Assembly (NCBI GenBank): GCA_965242925.1
Contig: CBDEUM010000029.1
Coordinates: forward strand, 96,001 to 160,000
Reading direction: 5' to 3'
Source: Roseibacillus sp.
GTDB taxonomy: Bacteria > Verrucomicrobiota > Verrucomicrobiia > Verrucomicrobiales > Akkermansiaceae
DNA: 64,000 nucleotides
The notes beneath the pieces are model-generated. The model ran no database searches. It was not told the DNA's origin and saw nothing but the letters and a program-made list of their open reading frames with translations. The first letter of the stretch is position 1. The number at the start of each line of letters is the position of its first letter. Position numbers and translations under genes: made by a program. Of the stretch, positions 29,714-41,204 are shown one piece after another.

Positions 29714-32700
29714 TTAATATCTGGTAATCGTTTCGTGCAGGTTCAGCAGGGCCCGGGTTACCGCGGTGAAGGCGGCGAGGTCCATCGGATTGGCCTCCCT
29801 GCCGGCGGGGCGCAGGCCGACCTTCAGCAGCGCATTGGCGTCCTGGGGGCTTTTCAGGTAGCGTTTGAGCTGGCGGTCGTAGAGGGCCTTGAGAAGTTTG
29901 GCCTCTTCCGGATAGGGCTTGCGCTGGAGAAGCTGCTGGAAGCCCAGCTCCAGACGCTCGGCAAATGGCCGGCTGTCGCCGGTGAGCTTTTCGGCCAGAA
30001 CGCGGGCAGCCTCCACGAAGGTGGGATCGTTGAGAAGATTAAGAGCCTGCTGAGGGGTGTTGGAACTCTCCCGGCTGGCGGTACATTCCTCGCGCGGAGG
30101 CGCATCGAAGGCCACCAGCATGGGATGGAGAAAACTACGCTGCCAGTGCATGTAGACTCCGCGCCGGTACTGCTTGTCATCGTTGTGCTGCTTGTAGGTG
30201 CGCTTGGGGAAGTTCAGTTCACGGTAGTAGCCTGGCGGCTGGTAGGGCCGAGCGCTCTCTCCACCGATCCGCACATTCAGGAGGTCAGAGACGGCAAGGG
30301 CGTTGTCGCGGACGAATTCGGCCGGTAGCCGCCGGGAATTCTGCCGGGCATAGAGCAGATTGTAGGGGTCGGATCCTGTCAGCTCCGGAGAGGCATTGGA
30401 CGACTGCTGGTATGTCTGAGAGGTGATTACCAATTTCACGAGATGCTTCACATCCCATCCGCTCTCCATGAATTCGACCGCGAGCCAGTCCAGCAGTTCG
30501 GGATGGGTCGGCCACTGGCCCTGGTTTCCGAGGTCCTGCAGGTCCCGCGAGAGACCGGTCCCGAGGAAGAGAGCCCACACGCGGTTGACGAAGGCCCGGG
30601 CGGTGAGGGGATTTTTTGAGGAGGCGATCCAGCGGGCAAGATCCAGCCGGGTGAGACGGGCTGCGGTGGGTGGCGGGTTTTTTCCGGCGACGGTGAGGAA
30701 GGCCGGGAGGGCCGGTTGGACCACCGGGCCGGAGCGATCCATCCAGTTTCCCCTGGGCAGGATGCGAATCTCGCGGGGGTTGGTGGAGAGGGTCACGAGG
30801 GTCATGCGGGTTGATCCCTTGGCACCCTGGGCCTGCTGGTCGAGCTTGGAGATCTTGTCCCGGATGGGTTGCAGGGAGGTCGCAATGGTGCGGAAGTGGG
30901 TCAGGAGCGGCTCACGGAGCTTGGGATCGAGCTTTTGTCCCCTTTCGGCCAGTAACTGCTTGCGCACGTCATCCGGGAGTCCGGCCAGGGCGGCGCTCGC
31001 ATCGCTGCTGGTGTGTCCAGCCAGATCCCAGAGGACGGCTCCTCCGTGCTGGGTGTAGGCCAGTTGAGTGATCTTCTTGCCTGCGGGCAGGCCCACCTTC
31101 TCAGCAGAGACTTCAATCCGCACCCATTTGCCCAGTGCCGGCAGGTTGCCCGCCTTGTGGTGGTTAACTCCGTTGCTGCCCTTACCGTAGGGAATGAGGT
31201 CCTCGCCCCACCAGGCACGATGCTCCCAGGAATTGTCGGCATTAAATTGCAGCATGATCTGCCTGGGAGGGTTCTTGGGGTCCAGCCAGACGTAGGCGAA
31301 GAGGTGTTCGCCGACCCCGAGGGTAACGGGTTTGTTGCTGGCGTCGACGATGTGCTGGACCAGTCCGGCATTTTCCTGACGGCGTGCGATCTTCCCGGAG
31401 TGCACGTTGTCGGTGACAGTCTGGACCTGGGGCAGGGGGAGTTCCTGGTCATCGAGGATGGCGATATCCTGTGGTTGGTTGGATGCGATCTTGCCTTTCA
31501 GATCGCGGACCCACTTGAGAAATTCCTTTTCCAGTTCCGGGCTGTCCTTCTTGAGCTCTTCCTGGAGCCCACGCTTTTCCTTCTCTATGCGAGCCAGTTC
31601 GTCAGTATTTTCCGGCTCGGGGACATCAAGGGCCGGTCCCCACTTGTCCAACTTGAAGCCGGGATATTTCTTGATGTCGGCCCCGGGGTTGTAGCGGCCA
31701 TCCCCGTTGTAGGCACCCTTCTCGTAGATATCGGAGAAAAAGGCCTCCATCGAGTAGAAGTCCTTGGCGGTGAAGGGGTCGAACTTGTGATCGTGGCACT
31801 CGGAGCATCCCATCGTTGACCCGAGGAAGGCTACCGATGTCGTGCGGACCCGTTCGGCATAGTACTTGGCGATATATTCCGCGTCCTGGATTCCCCCTTC
31901 TTCGGAGACCTGGTTGACCCGGTTGAATCCGGTGGCCACGTAGTGCTCGGTGGTGGGATTCTCAAAGAGATCCCCGGCCAGTTGTTCGATGATGAAGGTG
32001 TTGTAGGGCTTGTTGCGGTTGAAGGCGCGGATGACATAGTCCCGGTAGGGGGTCATGCTCCATGTCTTGTCACTGTGGTAGCCGTGACTGTCGGCGTAGC
32101 GGGCCAGATCGAGCCACATCACCGCCATGCGTTCGCCGTAGTGAGGGGAAGAGAGAAACTGGTCGATGGCGGACTCAATATTGGTGGTATTGATCTTGTT
32201 GAAGGACGCGGGGAGTCCGGTGAGGTCAAAGGAGAGTCGCTTCTCAAGGGTGTTGTTGTCAGCACGGGGCGAGAACTTGCGTGAACCTTTCGGCATTCCC
32301 GCCAGGATGAAGTTGTCGATGGGGTGCTTTGCTCCCATCTCGGGAACTCCGGACGTCTGGGCGCGATATAGGCCCAGTGCGGTTCGTATTCGGCTCCCTG
32401 CTTGATCCACTCCGCGAGGATCTTTTTCTGCGCCGAGGTGAGCGACTTGTGGGAGTCGCGTGGTGGCATGAGGTCTTCTTCGTCGTCGGCGTTTATGCGG
32501 AAAACCAGTTCGGAGTCGTCAGGATTGCCGGGCACAAACGCTTCTTTCCTGAGAGCGTCCTTGCGGACATCGAGCCTCAGCTTGGCCTTGCGGGCATTCT
32601 TGTCCGGGCCGTGACAGGCGAAGCAATTCTCGGCCAGGAGCGGCCGCACATCGCGGTTATAGGAAAGCGGCGCGGTCAACGCGGGCAGGGATCCGTAGAG

Positions 32701-32727
32701 GAGGAGCGCAGTGATGGTCAGGCGCAT
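29714..32727 (-). pseudogene. Planctomycete cytochrome c + DUF1549 + DUF1553 (PSD1) protein, split by a 1-bp deletion near 32347
   Basis: N-part [20 protein letters not shown]...HWAY joins HPIDNFI...[10 protein letters not shown]...[11 protein letters not shown]...SNTPQQALNLLN if CCG-GAG-TTC is read as CCG-GAG-GTT-CCC. Confidence 0.88.
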
Positions 32728-32842
32728 GGTGCATATGCTGTAGCGAGAGTGGCGGAACTCCGCAAGAACGAGGTTGCCTGACTCGGTCCTGTATTCGTGG
32801 GAGCGTGAATAACAGGGGATATGCCTGCCGCCAGAAACTCGC

Positions 32843-34276
32843 CTAGGTCAGCACATCTCGGACCACCCGGGCGGGTTCCACCCCGGTGAGGCGCATGTCC
32901 AGTCCCTGGAACTTCACCGAAAAACGGGTGTGGTCGATTCCCAGCAGATGGAGCATGGTGGCGTGGAGGTCACGGACGTGGACGATATTCTTGACGGAGG
33001 CGTATCCCAGTTCATCGGTTTCGCCGTAGGCCGTCCCGCCCCTGATGCCTCCGCCCGCCAGCCACATCGAGAATCCCTTAATGTGATGATCACGGCCGGC
33101 ACCGCCCTTGCCCTGGAACATGGGAGTGCGCCCGAATTCGCCTCCCCACACGATGAGAGTTTCCTCCAGCATTCCACGCTGCTTGAGGTCGGTGAGGAGG
33201 GCCCAGGTGGGCTTGTCGGTGAGGCCACAGCAGGTGTTCATGTATTTCACCAGTCCGCCGTGGTGATCCCAGCCGCGGTGGTAAAGCTGAATGAAGCGGA
33301 CTCCTTTTTCAGCCAGGCGGCGGGCCAGGAGACAGTTTGAGGCGAAGGAACCGTCGCCCGGTTTGGCCCCGTACATATCGAGGATATGCTGCGGCTCCCT
33401 TGAGACATCGGTAAGTTCCGGGACACTGGTCTGCATGCGGAAGGCCATCTCATAGGCTGCGATGCGCGCCTTGATTTCCGGGTTGTCGACGAGCTCGTTG
33501 CGTCGGCTGTCGAGTTGCTGGATGGACTGCACGAGGGCGTTCTGCTGTTTCGTGGTCACGCCTCCCGGACTGGTCACGTAGTGGACCGGATCGCCGGTGG
33601 AATTAAATTCGACACCCTGGTGGCGGCTAGGAAGGAAGCCCGTACCCCACTGTCGCGCTGCGATGGGCTGGGGATTACGCCCTCCCACGCTGGTCATGAC
33701 CACAAATCCCGGGAGGTTTTCGCTGTCACTGCCGAGTCCATAGTTGATCCAGGAGCCCATGGACGGACGACCGCTGATGGCAGTTCCGGTGTTCATGAAG
33801 GTGTGGGCCGGGTCGTGATTGATCTGCTCAGTAAGCATCGATTTGATCACGCAGATCTGGTCCGCCATCTTGCGATGGTAGGGGAGGAAGTCGGAGATGA
33901 ACTGGCCCTTGCCGAATTCCTGGAACTTGGTGAGGTGCCCCTGGACCTTGAGCTTCTGACCCTGCAGCTGGGCGATCGGTTGTCCCTTTGTGAAGGATTC
34001 CGGCATGGGCTGGCCGTTGAGCTCGTCGAGCTTAGGCTTGTAGTCGAAGGTCTCCAGGTGGGAAGGGCCGCCTGCCATGGTGAGGAAAATGACCCGCTTG
34101 ATTTTGGCATCATGGTGCGGAAAGCCGGGGAGGCCGTCATAGGAGGTATCGATCGTGCGTCCGAAGGCATCGCGCCCAAGCAGGGAAAGAAGGGCCGTGG
34201 AGCCGAAGCCGATGCCGGCCGAGCCGAGGAAGGAGCGCCGGTTGAGATAGTTTCCCAGTTGTTCGGTGGTGGTCAT
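32843..34276 (-). CDS. DUF1501 (sulfatase-like) protein with Tat signal
   Basis: NRRSFL; GGPSHLETFDYKP; INHDPA; GWDHH; GEFGRTP; GRDHH. ATG at 34276. Confidence 0.9.
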   Translation of the reverse strand: MTTTEQLGNYLNRRSFLGSAGIGFGSTALLSLLGRDAFGRTIDTSYDGLPGFPHHDAKIKRVIFLTMAGGPSHLETFDYKPKLDELNGQPMPESFTKGQPIAQLQGQKLKVQGHLTKFQEFGKGQFISDFLPYHRKMADQICVIKSMLTEQINHDPAHTFMNTGTAISGRPSMGSWINYGLGSDSENLPGFVVMTSVGGRNPQPIAARQWGTGFLPSRHQGVEFNSTGDPVHYVTSPGGVTTKQQNALVQSIQQLDSRRNELVDNPEIKARIAAYEMAFRMQTSVPELTDVSREPQHILDMYGAKPGDGSFASNCLLARRLAEKGVRFIQLYHRGWDHHGGLVKYMNTCCGLTDKPTWALLTDLKQRGMLEETLIVWGGEFGRTPMFQGKGGAGRDHHIKGFSMWLAGGGIRGGTAYGETDELGYASVKNIVHVRDLHATMLHLLGIDHTRFSVKFQGLDMRLTGVEPARVVRDVLT

Positions 34277-34319
34277 CGGTCTGGTGGAGGGACTGACAGC
34301 TGGTTTCGGTACCTGCAAT

Positions 34320-36678
34320 CTAGTTCCTGCTATAGGTTTCGGAGAGATTCAGAATGGCTCGTGCCACCGTGGTCCAGCTCGCTTGCTCGATGGCATCGAT
34401 ATCCTTGGGCGGGGGAGCCTGTCCGGTCGAAATCAGTTTTCTGGCAGCTGCGGGATCGGCTCTGAATTCCTTTGTAGCCAGGGCGAAGAGCTGCCCCATG
34501 ATTTTCATTTCCTGTTCGTCCGGAGTTCGGGAAAGGGCCTCGCGGTAGGCGAACTCAAGGCGTGCCCTGTCCTCCTGTCCGCCCTCCCTGAGGATACGTT
34601 CGGCAAAGACGCGGGCCGCTTCCACAAAGGAGGGATCGTTTAGCAGGGTCATGGCGGCGATGGGAGTGTTGGAGCGTGGCCGTTCGGCGGTGCATTCCTC
34701 GCGGGTGGGGGCGTCAAAGGCACGCAGCATGGGGTGGAGGAATTGCCGTTGCCAGTGGATATAGACACCGCGGCGCCACTGGCGACTATCGGCGTGGTGC
34801 GCGTACTTGCGGGTTGGAAAGTTCAGATGACGATAATAGCCCAGGGGTTGGTAAGGCTTGCTGCTTGCTCCCCCGTAGCCGGTGTGCAGGAGGCCGGAAA
34901 TGGCGAGGGCATTGTCGCGGATGGTTTCGGCGGGGAGGCGGTAGCGCGACTGACGGGCGAGAAGCCGGTTGTAGGGATCGCGTTCGCGCAGGGCGACCGG
35001 TTCCAGCGAACTTTGCCGGTAGGTCCGGCTGGTCACGAGGAGCTTCATCATATGCTTCACGTTCCATCCCGACTCGTAGAACTCAACCGCAAGGTTGTCC
35101 AGGAGCTCAGGATGGACCGGGGCTTCTCCCTGTCCCCCGAAGTCGTCGAGGCGCTTGGAGATTCCGGAGCCAAAGAGCGAGGTACCAGAAGCGGTTGGCC
35201 ATGACGCGTGCGGTCAGGCCGCCCGTTCCGGCGTCGGGATCGGTGAGCCAGTTGGCGAGGTCAAGCCGGGTGAGGTGTGCGTTCGTTCTGGAGTTCTGTT
35301 TTCCGGCGAGGAAGGCAGGAAAGGCCGGTTCCACCACCGGGCCACTGTCATCAAGCCAGTTGCCACGGGGCAGGAGGCGAATGGTGCGGGGCTTGGTGGC
35401 CACCGTGATCATGGTCTTGCGCCTGGCTTTTTCGAGGGCAGCCAATTCGGATTCCACCTGCTTGCGGGCGGCTTCGGTGGCAAATCTTGCGGTTGCCAGC
35501 AGATTCTCCAGCTCGGCGATGCGCTGCCGCTCGCGTTTGGTGTGGACGTCGATCTCGGGCGGGCGCCTGGTGGGCAGGCTGTTGGAGCCAACCTTGAAGT
35601 GCTGCGACTCATCCACATCGGCGAAAAAGGCCCCCAGGGCGTAGAAGTCCCGCGAAGTGTAGGGGTCATACTTGTGGTCGTGACACTGCGCACAGCCCAC
35701 GGTGGCTCCCATCCAGACATTGGAGAGGTTGCGGACCCGATCCGCAAAGTAGATTGCGAGGTATTCCTTGGCCTGCACCCCACCCTCGTGCGAGGTCTGC
35801 AGGAGGCGGTTGTAGCCGGTTGCGATTTTCTGGTCGACGGTGGGATTGGGGAGCAGGTCGCCAGCCAGTTGCTCGCGGGTGAACCGGTCAAAGGGCAGGT
35901 TGTCATTGAAGGCATCGATCACGTAGTCGCGATAAGGAGAAATACTGTGATCCTGGTCGCCATGATAGCCACAGGTATCGGCGTAGCGGACAAGATCGAG
36001 CCAGTACATCGCCATGCGCTCGCCGAAGTGGGGTGAAGCCAGGAGCGCGTCCGTGGTTGTTTCCAGGCAGGAGGCCGGATCTTCCTTCCAGCGTTTCACG
36101 AATTGGTCCACCTCAGCGGGTGTGGGAGGAAGGCCGATAAGATCGAAGTGGAGCCGTCGCACCAGGGTGACCGGGTCGGTATCCGGGGAGGGGTTGAGGT
36201 TTTCGCTCTGGAGCCGGGCCAGAATGAAGTTGTCGATCCAGTTCTCGCCCCAGTCACGAGCCCCGACTGTCGGGACGGGATGCCTCCGGGGTGGGAGGTA
36301 GGTCCAGGGTTCCGCGTATTCGCCCCCCTCTGCGATCCACTGCCTGATGAGCTCCTTCTCTCCCTTGCTTAGCTCCTTGTGTGCCTTGGGTGGGGGCATG
36401 ATCTCGTCCGGGTCGGCATTCAAGATGCGGTGGATGAGTTCGCTGTCGTTGGGTTTGCCGGCAACGATGGTGTCCCCGGTTTCGCCCCCCTTGAGCGCTC
36501 CCGCCGCTGTATCAAGGCGCAGCTTGCCCTTGCGCTCGTGTTCGTCAGGCCCGTGACAGGCAAAGCAATGATTCGAGAGGATGGGACGAATGTCCCGGTT
36601 GAAATCGACACTGGCCGAGAGGCCGCTGGCCCAGAGGGCAGCGATGAGCATCTGGAGGGCCAGGAAGCTGCGGGACAT
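34320..36678 (-). pseudogene. Planctomycete cytochrome c + DUF1549 + DUF1553 protein, split by a 1-bp insertion near 35179
   Basis: CFACH, WLDLVRYAD, CAQCHDHK. Removing one base in TAC-CTC-G-CTC-TTT restores NRFWYLLFGSGI...DDFGGQGEAPVHPELLD, which continues into ORF 34320..35060. Confidence 0.88.
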
Positions 36679-36733
36679 CCGGGAGAGGCTAGCTTCCTGC
36701 CCTGCGGATGCAATGGAGGATTGCCAGGGTCGA

Positions 36734-37807
36734 TTACGAGATTTCGACCTCGAGCACCTTGACACGTCCCCACTCGGGTTTCTCGAGGTCCTTCCGCCCC
36801 TTGGGCTGGCCGGAGCTCCCTCCAAGGTAGAGCCGGGATCCGTCTTCGTTCCAGACGGCCTTGCTCACCCGCATCTTTGTATCGGCCTGCGCCAGGCGGG
36901 AGCCGGTTTCGAGATCGAAGATGGCGGTATTCCACTGGCCCTTGAAGAGGCGTCCGGCCATTGCGAAGATTTTCCCGTTAGGATGGATGGCGAGAGTTTC
37001 CATGAGTCCCTGGCCGATCTCTCCGTCGTTGGCGTGGTCCACTTTCTTCACTTCTCCGTCACGCCACTGCCAGCGCTCCCACAGTTGCTTGCCGTTACCG
37101 GCGGCAGGATCGCGGGTGGAGCCCATGCCCGCGAGGAAGATTTCGGAGCCGTCCGGGGAGAAGGCCAGGGCGAAGATGCCGCCGGTGAAGTAGTGCCCTT
37201 TGATGATGCCCCAACCGGTGAAGCTACCGGTTTCAATGCGGGCCACCTCCCTGTTTGCGGGAAGGTTCCAGATGCGCACTTCACCCATCAGGTTTCCCGC
37301 TGCCAGAAAGTTCCCGTCTTTACTGAAGGCAACCGACTCGACCGGCGGGACGTGTTCAAAGGCGTGGGTCTGTTTGCCCGTCTGGGTATCAAACACTTTT
37401 ACGGAAGGCTCCTTCTGAGGGGCGGGTTCGTATTTGTAGCCGCCGCAGAGGTACTGACCCGTGGAGGAGGCCACCCGTGTGCCGTTCGGAGAGATCGCGC
37501 TCTGCCAGGACCAGAAATCATGTGCGTTCACTTTGCGCTCCGTCTTTTTGTGCTCCGGATCGATCCAGAGCAGGCGTCCGTCGTAGCCCGCGGAGATCAG
37601 GCGCCGGGTGGCGGTAGACCAATTGACCCCCGAGGCGTAATTCTGGTGCTGGGCAAGTTTTTCCAGCTTTTTCCAACGGCTTCCGGGGAGGGCGTAGATG
37701 CCCCCGTCGAAGCAGGAGGCGAAGAAGTGATCCTCGTCGTCCCGGGCGAGAGAGAGGCAGTGAGTGGGCATTTTGAAGGTCGGGCCCTTCTTCAGTTCGA
37801 TCTTCAT
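36734..37807 (-). CDS. WD40-repeat beta-propeller protein
   Basis: Repeats LISAGYDGRLLW, AISPNG, VAFSKDGNFLAAG..GEVRIW, LAFSPDG, AIHPNG. Start overlaps the upstream stop (ATGA). Confidence 0.85.
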   Translation of the reverse strand: MKIELKKGPTFKMPTHCLSLARDDEDHFFASCFDGGIYALPGSRWKKLEKLAQHQNYASGVNWSTATRRLISAGYDGRLLWIDPEHKKTERKVNAHDFWSWQSAISPNGTRVASSTGQYLCGGYKYEPAPQKEPSVKVFDTQTGKQTHAFEHVPPVESVAFSKDGNFLAAGNLMGEVRIWNLPANREVARIETGSFTGWGIIKGHYFTGGIFALAFSPDGSEIFLAGMGSTRDPAAGNGKQLWERWQWRDGEVKKVDHANDGEIGQGLMETLAIHPNGKIFAMAGRLFKGQWNTAIFDLETGSRLAQADTKMRVSKAVWNEDGSRLYLGGSSGQPKGRKDLEKPEWGRVKVLEVEIS

Positions 37808-39120
37808 GCCAGCACCTCCCTGATCGGTTCCGAGTGGTCTTCCACGTGATGGAAGTTGGGCAGGGCGGGGATGTTGAATTCTCCGTGTGGGTCGATGTCG
37901 AGGGCAGAGAAGATGGTAGCGAAGAGATTCTGTTCGTTGTGGGCCTGCCCGGTCACGTCGATGCCGAGTTTGTCGGTGGTTCCCACCACCGCACCCTGTG
38001 CAATTCCGCTCCCGAACATACTGAGGCTCCAGGCATTGGGATAGTGGTCACGGCCGCGGGCGGCATTGAGCCAGGGGGTCCGTCCGAACTCCCCCATGGC
38101 CACCACCAGGGTGTCCTCCAGCATCCCGCGTTGTTCGAGATCCGTGTGGAGCTGGAAGAGGATGTTGTCGAGGTCCGGCACCACCATCTGGTAGATCTCG
38201 TGGTTGAACACGTGGCAGTCCCAGGGCATTCCGTTGGCCACCATGACGAAGGGAGCCCCCTCCTCCACCAGGGTTCGGGCCAGGAGAGTGTGCTGCCCGA
38301 AGGTTCCCGGACCGTAACGTTCCCGGTCCTTCCGCGGTAGTCGTTCGAGGTCGAAGAGGTGGGCGCAACTCATCAGCCCCTTGACGCGCTCGTAGACCGC
38401 ATTGTGGGAGGAGGCGGCCTCGCTCCTGGTATCGTTCTCGAACTTCTTGCTGAAGAAACTACGGAGCTCCTCCCGGGCCTCGTGATCCCCGGTGGTGATG
38501 GAGTCGAGTTTGTTGACATGCGGGATCCCGAACTCTCCGCCGGTGCGTACCGGTGCGTATTCCGCACCGAGCCATCCGGCCCAGTTGCCCGCCTTGAAGC
38601 CCTTGAACTCATTCCCTTCCGGGCAGGGATCGAGGAGAATGAAGTTGGGCAGGGCGCTTCCGAGCTGGCCCAGTTGCCGGGAGAGGACCGAGCCGAGGGT
38701 GGGGCGGGTAAAGGGTGGTCGCGGTTTGTGTCCGCGCTGCAGGAGATTGATGGCCTGGGAGTGTTCGCGGGCACTTGTCTTCATCGAGCGGATAACCGCC
38801 GTCTTGTGCGCGATGGAGGCGCACTTGGGCATGAGCTCGCTGAAGTGTACTCCGGGGATGGAGGTTGGAATGGAGCCGAAGGGTCCGCTGGTGGGTGTTC
38901 CCGGCTTGGGATCCCAGGTCTCGAACTGACTCGGCCCCCCGCAGAGCCAGAGGAGGATGCAGCGTTTCTGCTTCTTCTTGGCGGTCTCGGCAAAAACGGG
39001 ATTGGAGAAGAGGCCGGACCAGCTGAAGGTGGAGATTGCGCCCGCGGTCAGTCCTTCCAGGAAGCGTCGGCGGTGAAGGCCGTGCTCCGGGCTGCCACAG
39101 TCCTGTTGCTCTCCGCCCAT
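37804..39120 (-). CDS. DUF1501 protein (second subtype) with Tat signal
   Basis: HRRRFL; LWLCGGPSQFETWDPKP; WDCH; MGEFGRTP; GRDHYP. Confidence 0.88.
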   Translation of the reverse strand: MGGEQQDCGSPEHGLHRRRFLEGLTAGAISTFSWSGLFSNPVFAETAKKKQKRCILLWLCGGPSQFETWDPKPGTPTSGPFGSIPTSIPGVHFSELMPKCASIAHKTAVIRSMKTSAREHSQAINLLQRGHKPRPPFTRPTLGSVLSRQLGQLGSALPNFILLDPCPEGNEFKGFKAGNWAGWLGAEYAPVRTGGEFGIPHVNKLDSITTGDHEAREELRSFFSKKFENDTRSEAASSHNAVYERVKGLMSCAHLFDLERLPRKDRERYGPGTFGQHTLLARTLVEEGAPFVMVANGMPWDCHVFNHEIYQMVVPDLDNILFQLHTDLEQRGMLEDTLVVAMGEFGRTPWLNAARGRDHYPNAWSLSMFGSGIAQGAVVGTTDKLGIDVTGQAHNEQNLFATIFSALDIDPHGEFNIPALPNFHHVEDHSEPIREVLA

Positions 39121-41189
39121 CAGTGGTTCATCCGGAATTCGGCGCTGTTGAAGAGGGCCCAGAGGACCTGCCGGATGGCAGCAATCCGGCGGTCCGGTCT
39201 ATTTTCGAGATAGGAGATGCTGCGTTGGCGTTCCCCGGAGTCCGGGGCGCGGTTGAAAACAGTCAGGAAGAGTTCTTCCACCACCCCGCGGTTGTCCGGG
39301 TTCCTGTTGAGGCGGGCGGGCAGGGGCAGTTCTTCAGCCCGGAGCATTCTGTCAATTACTTCACCATTGGCGGCAAACATGGCCTGCTGCACGGAGGGCG
39401 AGAAGACCTCGGCAAAGATGTCCGGGTAGGTTGCCACGAAGGAACCGCGGTAGTCGCTTTCCTGCCCGACGGTTCCATCTTCCCGGACCTCGCTACCCAG
39501 GGAGACCAGGATGGAACGGAAGAGCGGTTCGGCCGGCAGCGGCTTGTCGAGGGCGCGGGCAAAACTTTCCGGGAGGGGTGGCACCTCGCCCGGGTGCACG
39601 GTGGAGAGGCCATAGGCCCGGCTGGTGAGAATGGCCCGGCACAGCCGGCGCAGGTCGTAGCCGTTGTTGGTGAAGTCCCGGGCCAGCCATTCCAGCAGTT
39701 CCGGGTGGCTGGGGGGGTGAGCCGAGTTCATCTTGTCCACCGGGTGCACGATCCCCCGTCCCATCAGGATGGCCCAGAGGCGGTTGACGAGGGCGCGGGC
39801 GAAGGCGGGGTTGTCCTCGATGGCAATGCGGGCCAGTTCCCTGCGGCGGGAGAACTTGGGAAGGGGAGTCTTCTCCACGTTGGTGGTGATCTTCGGCTTT
39901 TCTCCCTTCTTCTTGGGCTTCGGTGGATTGATCCAGTCTGCGGGCGGAGCAACAGCATAATTCTCCGCAGCGTCCTTGTCGCGGCGTCCGCCTGGTTCCT
40001 CCACCACGTGACCAGTAAGGAATACCAGCTCACTCTCACTGCTCTCACCTTCCAGGTTGGCGAACTTGTTGTATCCGCCGGCCGCACGCTCTCCGAGTCC
40101 CGGGCCTGCCTTGGTGTTCACGTTGCGTGTCCGATCGAAGAAGGCGACCAGCCCCCAGTAGTGCTTCTGTTCGATCTCGGGAGCGACCGGATGATCGTGA
40201 CACTGGGCACACTGCAGTTGCTTTCCAAAGAGGGCGGTCGAAGTGGCGTTGGCCATCCTGCCGGCATCGTCGCCTTGCTCATAGAGAAACCAGGCGGCTC
40301 CCTGTTCCTGCGGACTCTGCGGTCGAGCCACGATGAAGTCGTGCCCCACCTTGTTCCAGGGACGGTTTGTTTCGAAGGCCCAGCGCAGGTAGGGCAGGAA
40401 GTGCTTTTCACGGTCACCCCGGCTCTTGCCCCCACCCTGCGCCCGTCCTAGCAGGGCGGCATTGAAGACTTCGGCGAAGTGCCGGGCGTGGGCCTTGCTC
40501 GCCAGAAGATCGTCGAGGAGGAGGTCACGTCGGTCGGAGCCCGTTTCCGCCAGGAAGCGGCTGCGTTCATGCCTCGTCGGAATCCGACCCAGGAGATCCA
40601 GGGTGACCCTGCGCAGGAAGGCGGCATCGCCAATGGGAGGGGCGGGGGCGATGTTTTTCTCCTTCCAGGAGTTTTCCAGCAGGGTGTCGATTGCGATAGT
40701 CGGCATGAGGCCGGGCGGGAGGGGCCTCGCCGGTTTGGCCGGGCCGGGGCCGGGAGCCACATCTTCCGGTCGTTTGAAACGGATGACCCAGTCCCGGATC
40801 CGGGAAATATCTCCCTCGTTCAGCTGGCTCTTTGGCGGCATGTGGGGATCGGCCTCGGGATGAAGCTGGGTCACGAGCCGGCTCTGGTCCGGCCTGCCGG
40901 GGAGAAAGGCCGGGCCGCTGTCACCGCCCTTGAGCAGACTCTCCAGGGAACGCAGGTCGAGTCCGCCTTTCTGTTTCGCCCCGCCATGACACTTGCTGCA
41001 GTGTTCCTTGAGCAACGGAGCCAGACTCGCAAACTGGTCGGCCCTGCCATCCGCGGAGACGAACAGCAGAGTGAGAATGATGACAGGGCTGATCCTCAAG
41101 GAAGCAGAAAGAATAGCGAACCCCGCCGCCGGCGCAATTGGGGAATCCGGCCAGTTGGAGTCCCCACTGTTTCGGTGGTGTTTTTCCAA
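39120..41189 (-). CDS. Planctomycete cytochrome c + DUF1549/DUF1553 protein (start codon uncertain)
   Basis: CSKCHG..GGLDL; FLRRVTLDLLGRIP; CAQCHDHP; VNRLWAILMGRG; PSHPELLEWLA; WALFNSAEF. Stop overlaps the DUF1501 start. Confidence 0.85.
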   Translation of the reverse strand: MEKHHRNSGDSNWPDSPIAPAAGFAILSASLRISPVIILTLLFVSADGRADQFASLAPLLKEHCSKCHGGAKQKGGLDLRSLESLLKGGDSGPAFLPGRPDQSRLVTQLHPEADPHMPPKSQLNEGDISRIRDWVIRFKRPEDVAPGPGPAKPARPLPPGLMPTIAIDTLLENSWKEKNIAPAPPIGDAAFLRRVTLDLLGRIPTRHERSRFLAETGSDRRDLLLDDLLASKAHARHFAEVFNAALLGRAQGGGKSRGDREKHFLPYLRWAFETNRPWNKVGHDFIVARPQSPQEQGAAWFLYEQGDDAGRMANATSTALFGKQLQCAQCHDHPVAPEIEQKHYWGLVAFFDRTRNVNTKAGPGLGERAAGGYNKFANLEGESSESELVFLTGHVVEEPGGRRDKDAAENYAVAPPADWINPPKPKKKGEKPKITTNVEKTPLPKFSRRRELARIAIEDNPAFARALVNRLWAILMGRGIVHPVDKMNSAHPPSHPELLEWLARDFTNNGYDLRRLCRAILTSRAYGLSTVHPGEVPPLPESFARALDKPLPAEPLFRSILVSLGSEVREDGTVGQESDYRGSFVATYPDIFAEVFSPSVQQAMFAANGEVIDRMLRAEELPLPARLNRNPDNRGVVEELFLTVFNRAPDSGERQRSISYLENRPDRRIAAIRQVLWALFNSAEFRMNH

Positions 41190-41204
41190 CCCGGGGGATG
41201 AACG

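Noticed and set aside
9750..35181. Programmed ribosomal frameshifting or phase variation at the split genes
   Set aside because: No slippery heptamers, long homopolymers or shared sequence context at the four sites.
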